Positions 9,462 to 19,352 of a stretch of DNA of 64,000 nucleotides are shown in pieces. The number at the start of each line of letters is the position of its first letter. Within the stretch, counting starts at the first letter, position 1. The notes beneath the pieces were generated by a model. That model was not told where the DNA came from. It made no database searches and worked only from the letters and a program-made list of their open reading frames with translations. Origin of the DNA: an uncultured bacterium (GTDB lineage Bacteria > Patescibacteriota > Saccharimonadia > Saccharimonadales > Saccharimonadaceae); NCBI GenBank assembly GCA_938036155.1, contig CALHPA010000004.1, positions 5,376 through 69,375 on the forward strand, in the 5' to 3' direction. Position numbers and translations under genes: made by a program.

Positions 9462-11259
9462 TTTTAAGAATTTTTCAAAAAATGTTTTGAAGGAAATTTC
9501 AAAAGCTTTGAAAAAGGGTTGGAAGAATTCTAAGGCATTTTTTTCGAATCCGTTCTTTGTAACTCTTCTAATTATTGATGTTCTCCTGGTTTCATTTATG
9601 TATGTTGGGCCAGGGAACTTGATTAACACGCACGACGGAAATTACCATCTTTACCGATTTGCAACTTCAATTTCAGCGTTTGATGATGGTCAAAAATTCC
9701 TCCAGCTTGATGCTGACCAGCTTCAAGGTTTTGGTCAGGCACCAAATTTGTTTTATGGCCCAATGTTGAGCTGGCTGATGCTGATTGTTTTTAAAATCAC
9801 TTCGAACTTGCAAATTTCATTGATGTTTTTGATGCTGGTTGCAACTATTGCGACAACTTTTGGTGCGTATTACGCTTCGAAAAAGATTTTTAAAAGCGAA
9901 AAAGCTGGATTTTTTACGGCATTAATTTTCACTCTTGAACCATTTCACGTTGGCGAATTACTTACGCGCGGCTCGTTCAGTGAATATTTAGCATTTGCTT
10001 TCATTCCATTTATAATTTTAGCAATTTATCAGATTATTTTTGAAAGTAAAACTGATTTTAAGCGAATTTTTATGCTTGCATTTTCTGCTTTCGGTATTAT
10101 TATGAACCATAATTTAACGGCTGTTCTAATCGCAGTTATGGCACTACTTTTTGTGGTTTTCAATATTCGAAAGGTTTTTTCGAAGCCAAAAATTCTATTT
10201 TCGCTAATCTTGGCTGGAATTTTGACTGTTGGATTTTCTGCAATTTTTATTTTGCCGTTTCTTGAAGTTCGAGAATTAGGAATTTACAATATTTTCAATC
10301 CTGATTTTCAAAAATGGTTTTATGTAAATGGGTCGCAAGTTACTCCAGCTGATGCTTGGTTGTCAACTAATATGTTCCGTCCACCGGCTGGGCATGCTTC
10401 AGTTGTATTTGGTCTGAGTCCAACACTATTAGTTTTAACTATTGGTTTTTTGATTTTTCGAAAAGATATGAAAAATGCAAATTATCGTCGTTTCTCAATG
10501 ATGTCAATTATAATTTCGGCAATTTTTGTACTTTTTTCAACAAGATTTTTTGCATTTATTCCGGCGGTTCAAAATTTTCATAGTATGCTACAATTTAGTC
10601 AGCGTATGTTGATTATTCAGTCTGTTTTGTTGCCGTTTGTAGCGGGTTATTTCATCGGTGAAAAGCTCAAAAATAAGCGCGAAATAATGATTGCAGCGGC
10701 GATTACATCAATTTCATATCTTCACATCACAACTACTGCGATTGAACCGGGTAAATTTGCTTTGCCGATGAATGTTGGAATTGATTACAATTTGATTGAT
10801 ATCAATATTGCGATGGGTGAATATCAGCCCGTGTTCCCGAGAACCAATAACGTGAAGGATATTACTGCGGTGGCGACAACAAGCATTAAGAAAGTGATTG
10901 ATGAAAAGGGAAAAAAGGCAGATGTGATTAGTGGTTTTGCTGAGCTTTCTGGCTTCGAAAAACATGGCTCAAAAATGTGTGTGAAGGTTTTGAAAAATGA
11001 AAACGGCGCTGAAATTGAATTTCCGATGTTTTACTACCCAGGGTTTAAAGCGGTGATTAATGGTAAGCCTGTAAAAGTGAAGTATTCAGAGAAAAATCGA
11101 ATGGTTACGGTTAAACTTGAAGCTGGTCAAAACGGCGTTTTGGAAACTTATTACGGCATAAGTCCGGCGACGAAAATTGGTGCAATTGTGAGCAGTATAA
11201 GCTTTTTGGCGTGCGGTATGTTCGTGATTTTTAAGAGGTCTAAATATGCAAAAAAATAA
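9445..11259 (+). CDS. Polytopic membrane protein, GT-C-fold glycosyltransferase-like (YfhO/PTPS-related membrane family)
   Basis: 604 aa with more than 10 TM segments, an early periplasmic-loop motif (HDGNYHLYRF) and a C-terminal soluble domain. SD GAAAGGA sits 6 nt upstream. Confidence 0.55.
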   Translation: MQKKINFKNFSKNVLKEISKALKKGWKNSKAFFSNPFFVTLLIIDVLLVSFMYVGPGNLINTHDGNYHLYRFATSISAFDDGQKFLQLDADQLQGFGQAPNLFYGPMLSWLMLIVFKITSNLQISLMFLMLVATIATTFGAYYASKKIFKSEKAGFFTALIFTLEPFHVGELLTRGSFSEYLAFAFIPFIILAIYQIIFESKTDFKRIFMLAFSAFGIIMNHNLTAVLIAVMALLFVVFNIRKVFSKPKILFSLILAGILTVGFSAIFILPFLEVRELGIYNIFNPDFQKWFYVNGSQVTPADAWLSTNMFRPPAGHASVVFGLSPTLLVLTIGFLIFRKDMKNANYRRFSMMSIIISAIFVLFSTRFFAFIPAVQNFHSMLQFSQRMLIIQSVLLPFVAGYFIGEKLKNKREIMIAAAITSISYLHITTTAIEPGKFALPMNVGIDYNLIDINIAMGEYQPVFPRTNNVKDITAVATTSIKKVIDEKGKKADVISGFAELSGFEKHGSKMCVKVLKNENGAEIEFPMFYYPGFKAVINGKPVKVKYSEKNRMVTVKLEAGQNGVLETYYGISPATKIGAIVSSISFLACGMFVIFKRSKYAKK

Positions 11260-12250
11260 AACTGCAATCGTAGTTTTGAATTTTAACGGCTGGAAGGATA
11301 CGCAAAAATGCCTAGCCGCGCTTGCAGATCAAACCGTTCAAGACTTTGAGATTTATTTGATTGATAATGGCTCAAAAGACGAATCTGTTAAAGAGCTTTC
11401 GAAAATTAAAATGCCAAATCTTCATTTTCATAAAGAGAAGAAAAATACTGGTTTTACAGGTGGTGTAAATATTGGAATTAAATGGGCAATTAAGAATAAT
11501 TTTGAAAATGTAGTTTTACTTAATAATGATGCAAATGCTAAGCCTGAATGGCTCGAAAATCTATTAAAACCGCTTGAAAAATCTCCTGAAATTGGTGCAG
11601 TAACTAGTTTGATGCTAGATAAAACTGGTAAATTTATTGATGACGCGGGTGATGTTTATTCAACTTGGGGAATCCCAATGCTTCGCAGTGAAGGTGAGCT
11701 AAAGAAAAATGCGCCTAAAAGTGGATTAGTTTTTGGTGGAACCGGTGGGGCAACAATTTATCGAACGAAAGTTTTTAAAACGATTGGTTTTTTCGATGAA
11801 GATTTCTTTGCTTATAATGAGGATGTCGATATTGATTGGCGAATGCAGCTTGCAGGTTTTAAAGTTTGGTATGAGCGAACTGCAGTTGTTTGGCATAAAC
11901 ATTCAGCAACAAGTTCGAAAATTCCGGGTTTTACGATTAATCAAGTATTTAAAAATTTACCACAAGTTTTTTGGAAAAATGTGCCATTTCCAATGATTTT
12001 ACTAATGTTTTTTAAGTTTTATGCAGTTTATTGGGCTTTCGTGATTTATCAAATTCCAAAGGGTGGTTTGAAATTTGCACTAAAAGGAATTTGGCAAGGA
12101 ACTCTTTTGATTCCTAAGTCACTTAAAAAGCGACGAGAAATTCAAGGTAAAAAAGTAGTTTCAAACGAGTATTTAAAATCGATTCTTTATCACGGGCTAC
12201 CATTAAAACAAGTTAATCGAATAAAGAAATTTTTAAAGCTTAAGCATTAA
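11246..12250 (+). CDS. GT2 glycosyltransferase (rhamnosyltransferase-like)
   Basis: AIVVLNFNGWKDTQKCL..YLIDNGSKDES..NNDA..EDVDIDWR motifs. Confidence 0.85.
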   Translation: MQKNKTAIVVLNFNGWKDTQKCLAALADQTVQDFEIYLIDNGSKDESVKELSKIKMPNLHFHKEKKNTGFTGGVNIGIKWAIKNNFENVVLLNNDANAKPEWLENLLKPLEKSPEIGAVTSLMLDKTGKFIDDAGDVYSTWGIPMLRSEGELKKNAPKSGLVFGGTGGATIYRTKVFKTIGFFDEDFFAYNEDVDIDWRMQLAGFKVWYERTAVVWHKHSATSSKIPGFTINQVFKNLPQVFWKNVPFPMILLMFFKFYAVYWAFVIYQIPKGGLKFALKGIWQGTLLIPKSLKKRREIQGKKVVSNEYLKSILYHGLPLKQVNRIKKFLKLKH

Positions 12251-12267
12251 AATATTTTAAAATAAAT

Positions 12268-12296
12268 TTGACTAAAATAAAACAATATTATATAAT
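12268..12296 (+). promoter_or_regulatory. Sigma-70 type promoter for rmlA
   Basis: TTGACT, a 17-nt spacer, then TATAAT. It is followed by an SD-bearing leader (GAAGGAGG) and the ATG at 12371. Confidence 0.6.
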
Positions 12297-12370
12297 TGGA
12301 GTTACGAGTAAATCTCGTAGCTCTTTAAAATTCGAAAGAATTAAAAATCTAGAAGAAGGAGGTTCCTCAT

Positions 12371-13249
12371 ATGAAAGGAATCATACTCGCAGGCGGCTCG
12401 GGTAGTCGTCTCTATCCAATTACTCTCGCAAACTCTAAGCAGCTTCTGCCAGTTTACGACAAGCCAATGATCTATTATCCACTGTCAACTTTAATGCTAG
12501 CGGAAATTCGTGAAATCTTAGTAATTACGACTCCGGAAGATAATTTTCGCTTTAAAGAATTGCTTGGCGACGGTTCAAGATTTAGTATAAGAATTTCCTA
12601 TGCTATTCAAGAAAAGCCGAACGGTTTAGCGGAGGCGTTTATCATTGGTGAAGACTTTATTGATGGTGATGATGTTGCTCTAGTTCTTGGAGATAACGTT
12701 TTTCATGGTCAAGGTTTTACAGATAAGCTCAAGAGTGCTCGTAATAAAATTGAGCGTAAAAAAGCTAATGCTGTAATCTTTGGTTATCAGGTGAAAGACC
12801 CGGAGCGTTTTGGTGTTATTGGTTTTGATGAAGATATGAATGTTAAATCTCTTGAAGAAAAACCAGAATTTCCAGAGTCAGATTATGCTGCAACAGGCCT
12901 GTATTTCTATAATAATTCTGTTGTAGAAATCGCTAAGCAGGTTCAACCTAGCCCACGCGGAGAGCTTGAAATTACAGATGTAAATAAAGCTTTTTTGAAA
13001 GAGGGGCATCTTTCTGTCGAACTTCTTGGACGTGGGTTTGCTTGGCTTGATACGGGAACGCATGATAGCCTTCAGCAGGCTTCGCAGTACATCGAAACTG
13101 TTCAGCGTCTGCAAAATGTCCAAGTTGCTAATCTGGAAGAAATTGCATACCGAAAGGGTTGGATTTCGAAGGAACAAGTTGAAAAGCTCGCACAGCCACT
13201 TCGTAAAAATAATTATGGGAATTATCTCCTTCGAATCATTAATTCTTAG
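12371..13249 (+). CDS. rfbA: Glucose-1-phosphate thymidylyltransferase
   Basis: [41 protein letters not shown] matches the canonical RmlA/RfbA N-terminus. Length 292 aa. Confidence 0.95.
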   Translation: MKGIILAGGSGSRLYPITLANSKQLLPVYDKPMIYYPLSTLMLAEIREILVITTPEDNFRFKELLGDGSRFSIRISYAIQEKPNGLAEAFIIGEDFIDGDDVALVLGDNVFHGQGFTDKLKSARNKIERKKANAVIFGYQVKDPERFGVIGFDEDMNVKSLEEKPEFPESDYAATGLYFYNNSVVEIAKQVQPSPRGELEITDVNKAFLKEGHLSVELLGRGFAWLDTGTHDSLQQASQYIETVQRLQNVQVANLEEIAYRKGWISKEQVEKLAQPLRKNNYGNYLLRIINS

Positions 13250-13333
13250 GATTGTATTAATCGCTCGTTGAATGCGGGCGATTTTCTTTTATAAAATGGA
13301 CAAAATCGTTTAAAAATAGTATTATATAACTAT

Positions 13334-14752
13334 ATGAAACGAGACAAACTTACGATTGTTCGCATAATTATGTTAGCCTCTGATACCCTAGCGGTTGTAA
13401 GCTCATTTATGCTAGCATATTTTGCGCGAACTCACCTTGATACGCGAGCATATTATTTTTCGCCAAATATTTGGAATTTTATTTTTTTGGCGGTTTCTCT
13501 TCTTCCACTCTGGCTGGCCATTAACTATTTCTTTGGCCTTTACGACCGTTCGGTATTTTTTTATCGGCCAAAAGAGTACGGTAGAGCTTTAGTTGTTTCA
13601 ATAATTAGTATCATGGCGATGATCTCTTATGAATTTTTCACTGGTGATGAAGTTTTTCCAGTTCGAATAATTGCAGTTTTTTTTGTTCCAATTAATTTCT
13701 TAATGATGATTCTTGGTCGCGAAATAGTGCGTTTTATTCGCCGCGCTTTGATTCGAAGCGGTTTTGGACGCCAAAAAGTTTTAATTATTGGTTCAAACTC
13801 TCGTTCAACAGAATTAGCTCAATTTTTTCACGACAATATTGATTTTGGCTATGATGTGATTGGAATGGTTTCGAAAAGCCAATTTCTGCCAACAAAATCT
13901 GCTGTTCGCCATTTTGCGAGCTTTAAAGATGCAGCTTTAAAAACAAATCCTGATATTTTAATTCAAACCGATACACTTAGGAGTGAAGATATCTATAATT
14001 ATGCGATCGAAAATCACCTTGAATATATGTTTGTGCCACAACAAGATAGGCTTCTTTCGCAGATTAACACAATCGAAGTTATTGGTGGAACTCCAATCAT
14101 TGATGTAAAAATTACAAAATTATTTGGCATGGGTCGAATATGGAAGCGTTTAATGGATCTAATTTTAGCAATCTTTGGTTTAATTTTAGTTTCACCAATA
14201 ATGTTAATTGTGGCGATCATTATGAAGGTTACTAATCCTAAAGATTCAATTTTCTTTAGGCAAGTTCGCCTAACACGCTTCAATCGGGAGTTTTATATCT
14301 ATAAATTTCGCTCACAAAAGGCTGAATTTGATGGCTTAACTCCCGAACAGGCTTTCGAAAAAATGGGAAAACCTGAGCTCGCAAAAGAGTATCGTAAAAA
14401 TGGCGATCAGCTTGATAACGACCCAAGAATTACAAAAATTGGAAAATTTATTCGCGCAACTTCGATTGATGAACTACCGCAGCTTTTTAATGTGGTTCGT
14501 GGCGATATTTCACTTGTTGGTCCTCGGGCTTTAATTCCGCAAGAGATTAACAAATCAAACCGAAAAAATGTTATTTTGGCAGTAAAAGCTGGTGTTACTG
14601 GATTGGCTCAGGTTTCAGGTAGGCGTGACATTTCTTTCGAAGAACGCCGCAGGCTGGATGTTTATTATGTTCAAAACTGGTCAATTATTTTTGATATTCA
14701 AATTTTATTTAAAACTGTTGCAAGTGTAATTTTTCGAAGAGGGGCAAAATAA
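13334..14752 (+). CDS. Polyprenyl-phosphate glycosyl-1-phosphate transferase (WbaP/CpsE-type initiating sugar transferase)
   Basis: N-terminal TM bundle plus a C-terminal bacterial sugar transferase domain (KRLMDLILAI..DELPQLFNVVRGDISLVGPR). Confidence 0.9.
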   Translation: MKRDKLTIVRIIMLASDTLAVVSSFMLAYFARTHLDTRAYYFSPNIWNFIFLAVSLLPLWLAINYFFGLYDRSVFFYRPKEYGRALVVSIISIMAMISYEFFTGDEVFPVRIIAVFFVPINFLMMILGREIVRFIRRALIRSGFGRQKVLIIGSNSRSTELAQFFHDNIDFGYDVIGMVSKSQFLPTKSAVRHFASFKDAALKTNPDILIQTDTLRSEDIYNYAIENHLEYMFVPQQDRLLSQINTIEVIGGTPIIDVKITKLFGMGRIWKRLMDLILAIFGLILVSPIMLIVAIIMKVTNPKDSIFFRQVRLTRFNREFYIYKFRSQKAEFDGLTPEQAFEKMGKPELAKEYRKNGDQLDNDPRITKIGKFIRATSIDELPQLFNVVRGDISLVGPRALIPQEINKSNRKNVILAVKAGVTGLAQVSGRRDISFEERRRLDVYYVQNWSIIFDIQILFKTVASVIFRRGAK

Positions 14753-15891
14753 TGCAAAATCCAAAATGGTTAAATGGCAAGAAAGTTGCGATTGTGACAG
14801 ACTGGCTCACCACTTATGGTGGTGCTGAAAAGGTTGTTGCTACGGTTTCAGAGATTTTCCCTGAAGCGCCAATTTTTACATCGCAATATTCAGAGAAGGA
14901 AGTTGATTGGTTCTCAAAAAATGATGTTCGAGTTGGTTGGTTAAATATTTTCCCGGCAAAATTGCGTAAAATATTACCAGTTGGGCGAATTTTATATTTT
15001 CGAAATTTAGGTAAAAAGCTTAAAGATTTTGATGTCGTTATTTCAATTTGCTGTGCTGAAAGTAAAGGTTTGAACCTTTCGAATAATCAGCTTCATATTA
15101 GTTATTTACAAGGTCCTCCAATTCAATATTATTGGGGAATGTATAATGACTATATTGAAAATCCTGGGTTTGGTAGGTTGAATTTTTTGGTGCGATTTTT
15201 CTTCAAAATGCTTGTAAATCCACTTCGAAAAAACGATTTTAAATTGGCACAAAAGCCGGATTTTCTGTTGGCGAATTCAACCTATTCGAAAGAGGAGATT
15301 TTAAACTATTATCAGCGAGATTCGAAAGTAATTTTTCCACCAGTTGAAACAGGGAATTTTAAATTTTGCGAAAAAAAGCAAGATTATTATATCACGACTT
15401 CTCGCCAAGTTAATTGGAAAAAGCTTGATTTAGCGGTTGAAGCTTTTATTAAAAATGGTAAAAGGTTAATTCTAGTTGGTAGCGGAGCTGAGCATCAAAA
15501 GTTAAAAAGCCTCGCAAAAAACTCACATAATATTGAGTTTATTCAAAGAATCAACAGCTCGAAAGGGCTTTCGAAAATTGTTGGCGAGGCGAAAGGTTTT
15601 ATTTTTCCGAGTTTGGAACCTTTTGGAATTGCGCCGATCGAAGCTCTTGCTACTGGAACGCCAATTTTGGCATTCAATAAGGGTGGCTCACAAGATTACA
15701 TTCAAGATGGTAAAAACGGTATATTTTTTAATGAACAATCAGTTGAATCAATTTTGGCTGCTATTAAGAAATTCGAAAAAATAAATTTTGATGCTAAAAA
15801 AGTTTCAGAAAGTGCCAAAAGTTTTTCGAAAGATAATTTTAAGAAAAGTTTCGAAAGAGAAATTAGGAAAGGATTTAATGAGAAGTTTTAA
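14752..15891 (+). CDS. GT4 glycosyltransferase
   Basis: GT-B fold, with GGAEKVV near the N-terminus and the C-terminal EPFGIAPIEALATGTPILA motif. Confidence 0.8.
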   Translation: MQNPKWLNGKKVAIVTDWLTTYGGAEKVVATVSEIFPEAPIFTSQYSEKEVDWFSKNDVRVGWLNIFPAKLRKILPVGRILYFRNLGKKLKDFDVVISICCAESKGLNLSNNQLHISYLQGPPIQYYWGMYNDYIENPGFGRLNFLVRFFFKMLVNPLRKNDFKLAQKPDFLLANSTYSKEEILNYYQRDSKVIFPPVETGNFKFCEKKQDYYITTSRQVNWKKLDLAVEAFIKNGKRLILVGSGAEHQKLKSLAKNSHNIEFIQRINSSKGLSKIVGEAKGFIFPSLEPFGIAPIEALATGTPILAFNKGGSQDYIQDGKNGIFFNEQSVESILAAIKKFEKINFDAKKVSESAKSFSKDNFKKSFEREIRKGFNEKF

Positions 15892-17344
15892 AAAACTTAG
15901 TTTTGCTGAAAAAATATTATTTTTTGCACCATTTATGGTTTGGTTTTCATATTACCCAAATTTTAATTTTGGTAAAGCAGCTGGAGCAAATTTAGAATTT
16001 TCAATTGCTCTAATTTATTCTGTAATTTTAGCGCTCTTTAGCGTTAAGAATATTTTTAAAAACCGCAAAATTCTTTTTAAAAATAACGCAGTTTTGATTA
16101 CTGGATTTTTTGTTTTTTGGAATTTTTTAACGATTTTAAGTTCGCAAAATCAATTAAGAAGCTTTTTAGTTTCTGGAGTTTGGCTAGTTTTGTGGCTTGA
16201 TTTTTTGGCAATTTTAAGTTTTTCGAAAAATAAAGAGCTGTTTAATAACCTTATAAAAAATTTCATTATCAGTGCTTTTTTAATGTCAATTTTCGCAATA
16301 ATTCAGGTTATTTATGGAACTTGGTCTGATTGGGGTCTTTGTGCTGGATGTACTGCACAAGGTTTTGGTTTTGTGCGACCGAGTGTTTTTGCAATTGAGC
16401 CACAATTTTTTGCAAGCATACTTCTTGCGCCAATTTTAATTTTAATAAGTAGAATTTTAAATAAAAAATCTACAAAAAAAGAAAAAATAGCAGTTTGGGT
16501 TATGCTTTTTGCTTTATATTTAACACTTTCTCGTGGGGCAATTTTTGCACTTTTATTGGCAGTTTTAGTTTTAATTTTCGTAAATCAAAAACTTTCGAAA
16601 AAAGTAATTTTACGAAATTTCTTATTTTCTAGCTGGCTTATTGTTTCAAGTTTTTTGGGTGGAATGATTTTTCATGCAATTTTTACCGAGCTAAACCCGC
16701 GAGTTAGTGATGGTTTTTATGATTCGATTTCAAAAAGTGTAAACCAAATAAGTTTAGGTAAAATTAAATTACCAAAAATTAAAAAAGTGATCAATCAGGA
16801 AATTAAAGAGCCAGAGATAGAGAACAGTAGTTCAAGTTCGAAAGAACCAACAGAAAAATCCGTGGAAAAGCCCAAAAAAGCAATGTTTGATGGTTATGTT
16901 GAAAAATCAACCAATGAACGCACAAAAATGTCGGATTTAGCGATAGAAACTTGGCTTTCGAGTCCTTTTGTTTTATTTTTTGGAGTTGGATCTGGAGCTT
17001 CTGGAACCGCAATTCTAAATTCAACTCACCAGATATCCAACAGTTCAGAAATTGTTCAGAATGAATTTTTATCGATTTTATTAGAATTGGGTATTTTTGG
17101 ATTAATTATTTGGGGGCTAATAATAAGCGGGATTTTTCTAAAATCTAGAGAAAAGAAGTGTATTTGGGCGATTTTAACTGCATTTTTAGCGCAATGGTTT
17201 TTCTTTTCAGGACTGCCAAACGCACTACATATTTATTTGATTTTAGCAGCATCTTTTGCTATAATTGAAAGAGCTTATGAAAAAAAATCAGCAATCAATA
17301 GATGGGTTCACACCAAGGCGGCGAGTCGATTCTTTAAGTCGTGA
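15878..17344 (+). CDS. O-antigen ligase/polymerase-like (Wzy_C/WaaL family) membrane protein
   Basis: Polytopic, with a LTLSRGAIFALLLAVLV segment and a large external loop. I moved the start to ATG 15878 (MRSFKKLSF..), which overlaps the stop of the upstream gene. The ORF-track start at 15788 lies inside that gene. Confidence 0.7.
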   Translation: MRSFKKLSFAEKILFFAPFMVWFSYYPNFNFGKAAGANLEFSIALIYSVILALFSVKNIFKNRKILFKNNAVLITGFFVFWNFLTILSSQNQLRSFLVSGVWLVLWLDFLAILSFSKNKELFNNLIKNFIISAFLMSIFAIIQVIYGTWSDWGLCAGCTAQGFGFVRPSVFAIEPQFFASILLAPILILISRILNKKSTKKEKIAVWVMLFALYLTLSRGAIFALLLAVLVLIFVNQKLSKKVILRNFLFSSWLIVSSFLGGMIFHAIFTELNPRVSDGFYDSISKSVNQISLGKIKLPKIKKVINQEIKEPEIENSSSSSKEPTEKSVEKPKKAMFDGYVEKSTNERTKMSDLAIETWLSSPFVLFFGVGSGASGTAILNSTHQISNSSEIVQNEFLSILLELGIFGLIIWGLIISGIFLKSREKKCIWAILTAFLAQWFFFSGLPNALHIYLILAASFAIIERAYEKKSAINRWVHTKAASRFFKS

Positions 17345-18968
17345 TAAGAGCCATGAGAAATTAGCTAAAAAACCAGTTTCGAATATTCAGAATCAGCCGA
17401 AAATAGCAGAAATTAAGCATTCGAAAAAAGCTAAAAATCGAGAAGAAAATTTAAATGAAGATATTGAATCTGCTTTACAAAATTTAGAAATTGAAGAAGT
17501 TCAAGAAAATCAGCGGAAAGAACGAGTAGCTTCGAAAAAACAACAAAAACTTCTTCGAAAACTTGAAAAAAAGAATTTTAAGCGCGAGAAAAAAGGTAAA
17601 GAAGTTCTTTCTTTGGAGCAATTTAAGCGGCGCCGAATTTTGGGGCGAATTTTTGCTGTCATCTTATTGATTTTAATTATCGTTGGTGGATATTTTGCAT
17701 ATAAAGCGTATAAAGATTTGTATAAATTAACGAACGGTAACGTTATTGGCGCGGTTTTTGGTGATAAAAAGAAATTGAAGGCTGATTCTAATGGTCGTAC
17801 GAATATTTTACTTTTTGGAACCTCGCCGAAAGGTTGGGATGGTGAGAACTTGACTGATTCTGTAATGGTTATATCTGTTAATCAGGAAACCAAGAAAATT
17901 TACACTATCTCTTTACCACGAGACCTTTGGGTTAAACATACTTGCCGAAGTTGGCTTGGAACAACAGCTGGAAAACTTAATGAAACTTATGGCTGTAGCT
18001 ATTATGATGCTAAAAATAGTGGCTCAAGTGAAGAAGAATCAGAGAAGGCTGGCCAAAATGCTTTAGCTAAAAAAGCAGAAGAAATTCTTGGTTTAGATAT
18101 TCAATATGTTGTTCATGGTAATTGGAAGGTTTTAATCGATGCCATTAATTCTGTTGGTGGAATTGATGTGAAAGTTGAAGCTTACGATGGTTCAAGCCGA
18201 GTTTATGATGTAGCTACGAAAATTAACTATAAGAGTGGTGAAACTTATCATATGGATGGCGAAACAGCATTAGCATTTTCACGTGCTCGAGGCTCAGAGG
18301 GTGGAGTTGGCTTGAGCGGAAGTAATTTTGATCGTGAGCGAAATCAGCAAAAAATTTTGAAAGCAGCATTCTCTAAAATAAACGAACAAAAAACTAACCC
18401 AATAACTTTACTTTCGTTAGCTTCATCTTTGGGTGAAAATATCCACCACTCATTTAGCGGAGATGAGCTAAAAACTGCTGCTAGAATTGCTCAAGATTTT
18501 AATAGTGGATCTGTAACTTCTTTGCCACTTGTCAATGAAAATGATCAGTCTGCAAATTATTTTACAACTGGAGTGATTAATTCGGTGAGCGCAGTTTTGC
18601 CAAAAGCTGGAACTTATAATTATAGCCAAATTCAAGCTTATATTTCGAAAAATACAATTGGTGGTGATGCTACTATAGAGAATGCTAAAATTAAAATTTT
18701 AAATGGCACAAATTACTCAGGGCTAGCGGCTCAAGAACAGAAAAAACTTGAGAAAGAAGGCTTTAATATTCAAGATATTGATTCCGCTCCAAAGCGAGAT
18801 TATGCTAAAACTAAAATTTATTATGTGAAAAAAGATTCGAAAACCGCAACAATTAAAAGTCTCGAATCTAAATACTCAATCAAAGCTGAAAAATTACCAT
18901 CAGATTTATCAAAAATAGGTGAAGGTTCAGATATAATTATTTTGTTAGGTGAAGATAATGGCAATTAA
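17265..18968 (+). CDS. LytR-CpsA-Psr (LCP) family wall-polymer ligase with a C-terminal LytR_C-like domain
   Basis: A basic cytoplasmic tail, one TM segment, then the LCP core (LLFGTSPKGW..TDSVMVISVN..ISLPRDLWV..ALAFSRAR). The start is uncertain: TTG 17265 or ATG 17277. Confidence 0.85.
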   Translation: MKELMKKNQQSIDGFTPRRRVDSLSRDKSHEKLAKKPVSNIQNQPKIAEIKHSKKAKNREENLNEDIESALQNLEIEEVQENQRKERVASKKQQKLLRKLEKKNFKREKKGKEVLSLEQFKRRRILGRIFAVILLILIIVGGYFAYKAYKDLYKLTNGNVIGAVFGDKKKLKADSNGRTNILLFGTSPKGWDGENLTDSVMVISVNQETKKIYTISLPRDLWVKHTCRSWLGTTAGKLNETYGCSYYDAKNSGSSEEESEKAGQNALAKKAEEILGLDIQYVVHGNWKVLIDAINSVGGIDVKVEAYDGSSRVYDVATKINYKSGETYHMDGETALAFSRARGSEGGVGLSGSNFDRERNQQKILKAAFSKINEQKTNPITLLSLASSLGENIHHSFSGDELKTAARIAQDFNSGSVTSLPLVNENDQSANYFTTGVINSVSAVLPKAGTYNYSQIQAYISKNTIGGDATIENAKIKILNGTNYSGLAAQEQKKLEKEGFNIQDIDSAPKRDYAKTKIYYVKKDSKTATIKSLESKYSIKAEKLPSDLSKIGEGSDIIILLGEDNGN

Positions 18969-19308
18969 TTTAACTAAAAAACAAGTTGAACTATTGAATT
19001 TTATAGAAGTTTTTATTGAAGAGTCTGGTTATAGCCCAACATACCGCGAAATTGCTCGTGGTATGGGTTATAAATCCGTCGCAACGGTAGCAAAGCATAT
19101 AGATAATTTGGTTTTAATGGGAAAAATAACTAAATCTGATGGTGGTGAAGCTCGTTCGATTTCTATTAAGAAACAGATTTCAGAGCTTTCTGGTGATGAA
19201 AAAAATATTCATGATTTTTTGGTTAAGAAACGAGACTTTTATGCTGAAAATAATCAAATCGAACAAGCAAGAAAAATTGATGACGCAATTCTAACTTTGT
19301 GGTATTAG
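18958..19308 (+). CDS. LexA N-terminal winged-helix DNA-binding domain protein that lacks the S24 autopeptidase domain
   Basis: LTKKQVELLNFIEVFIEESGYSPTYREIARGMGYKSVATVAKHIDNLVLMGKI aligns with the LexA DNA-binding domain. Only about 50 further helical residues follow. ATG 18958 is preceded by AGGTGA. Confidence 0.7.
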   Translation: MAINLTKKQVELLNFIEVFIEESGYSPTYREIARGMGYKSVATVAKHIDNLVLMGKITKSDGGEARSISIKKQISELSGDEKNIHDFLVKKRDFYAENNQIEQARKIDDAILTLWY

Positions 19309-19352
19309 AATATTGAAAAAATAAAGTGTTTATGTTTTAATTATAACTAGTA

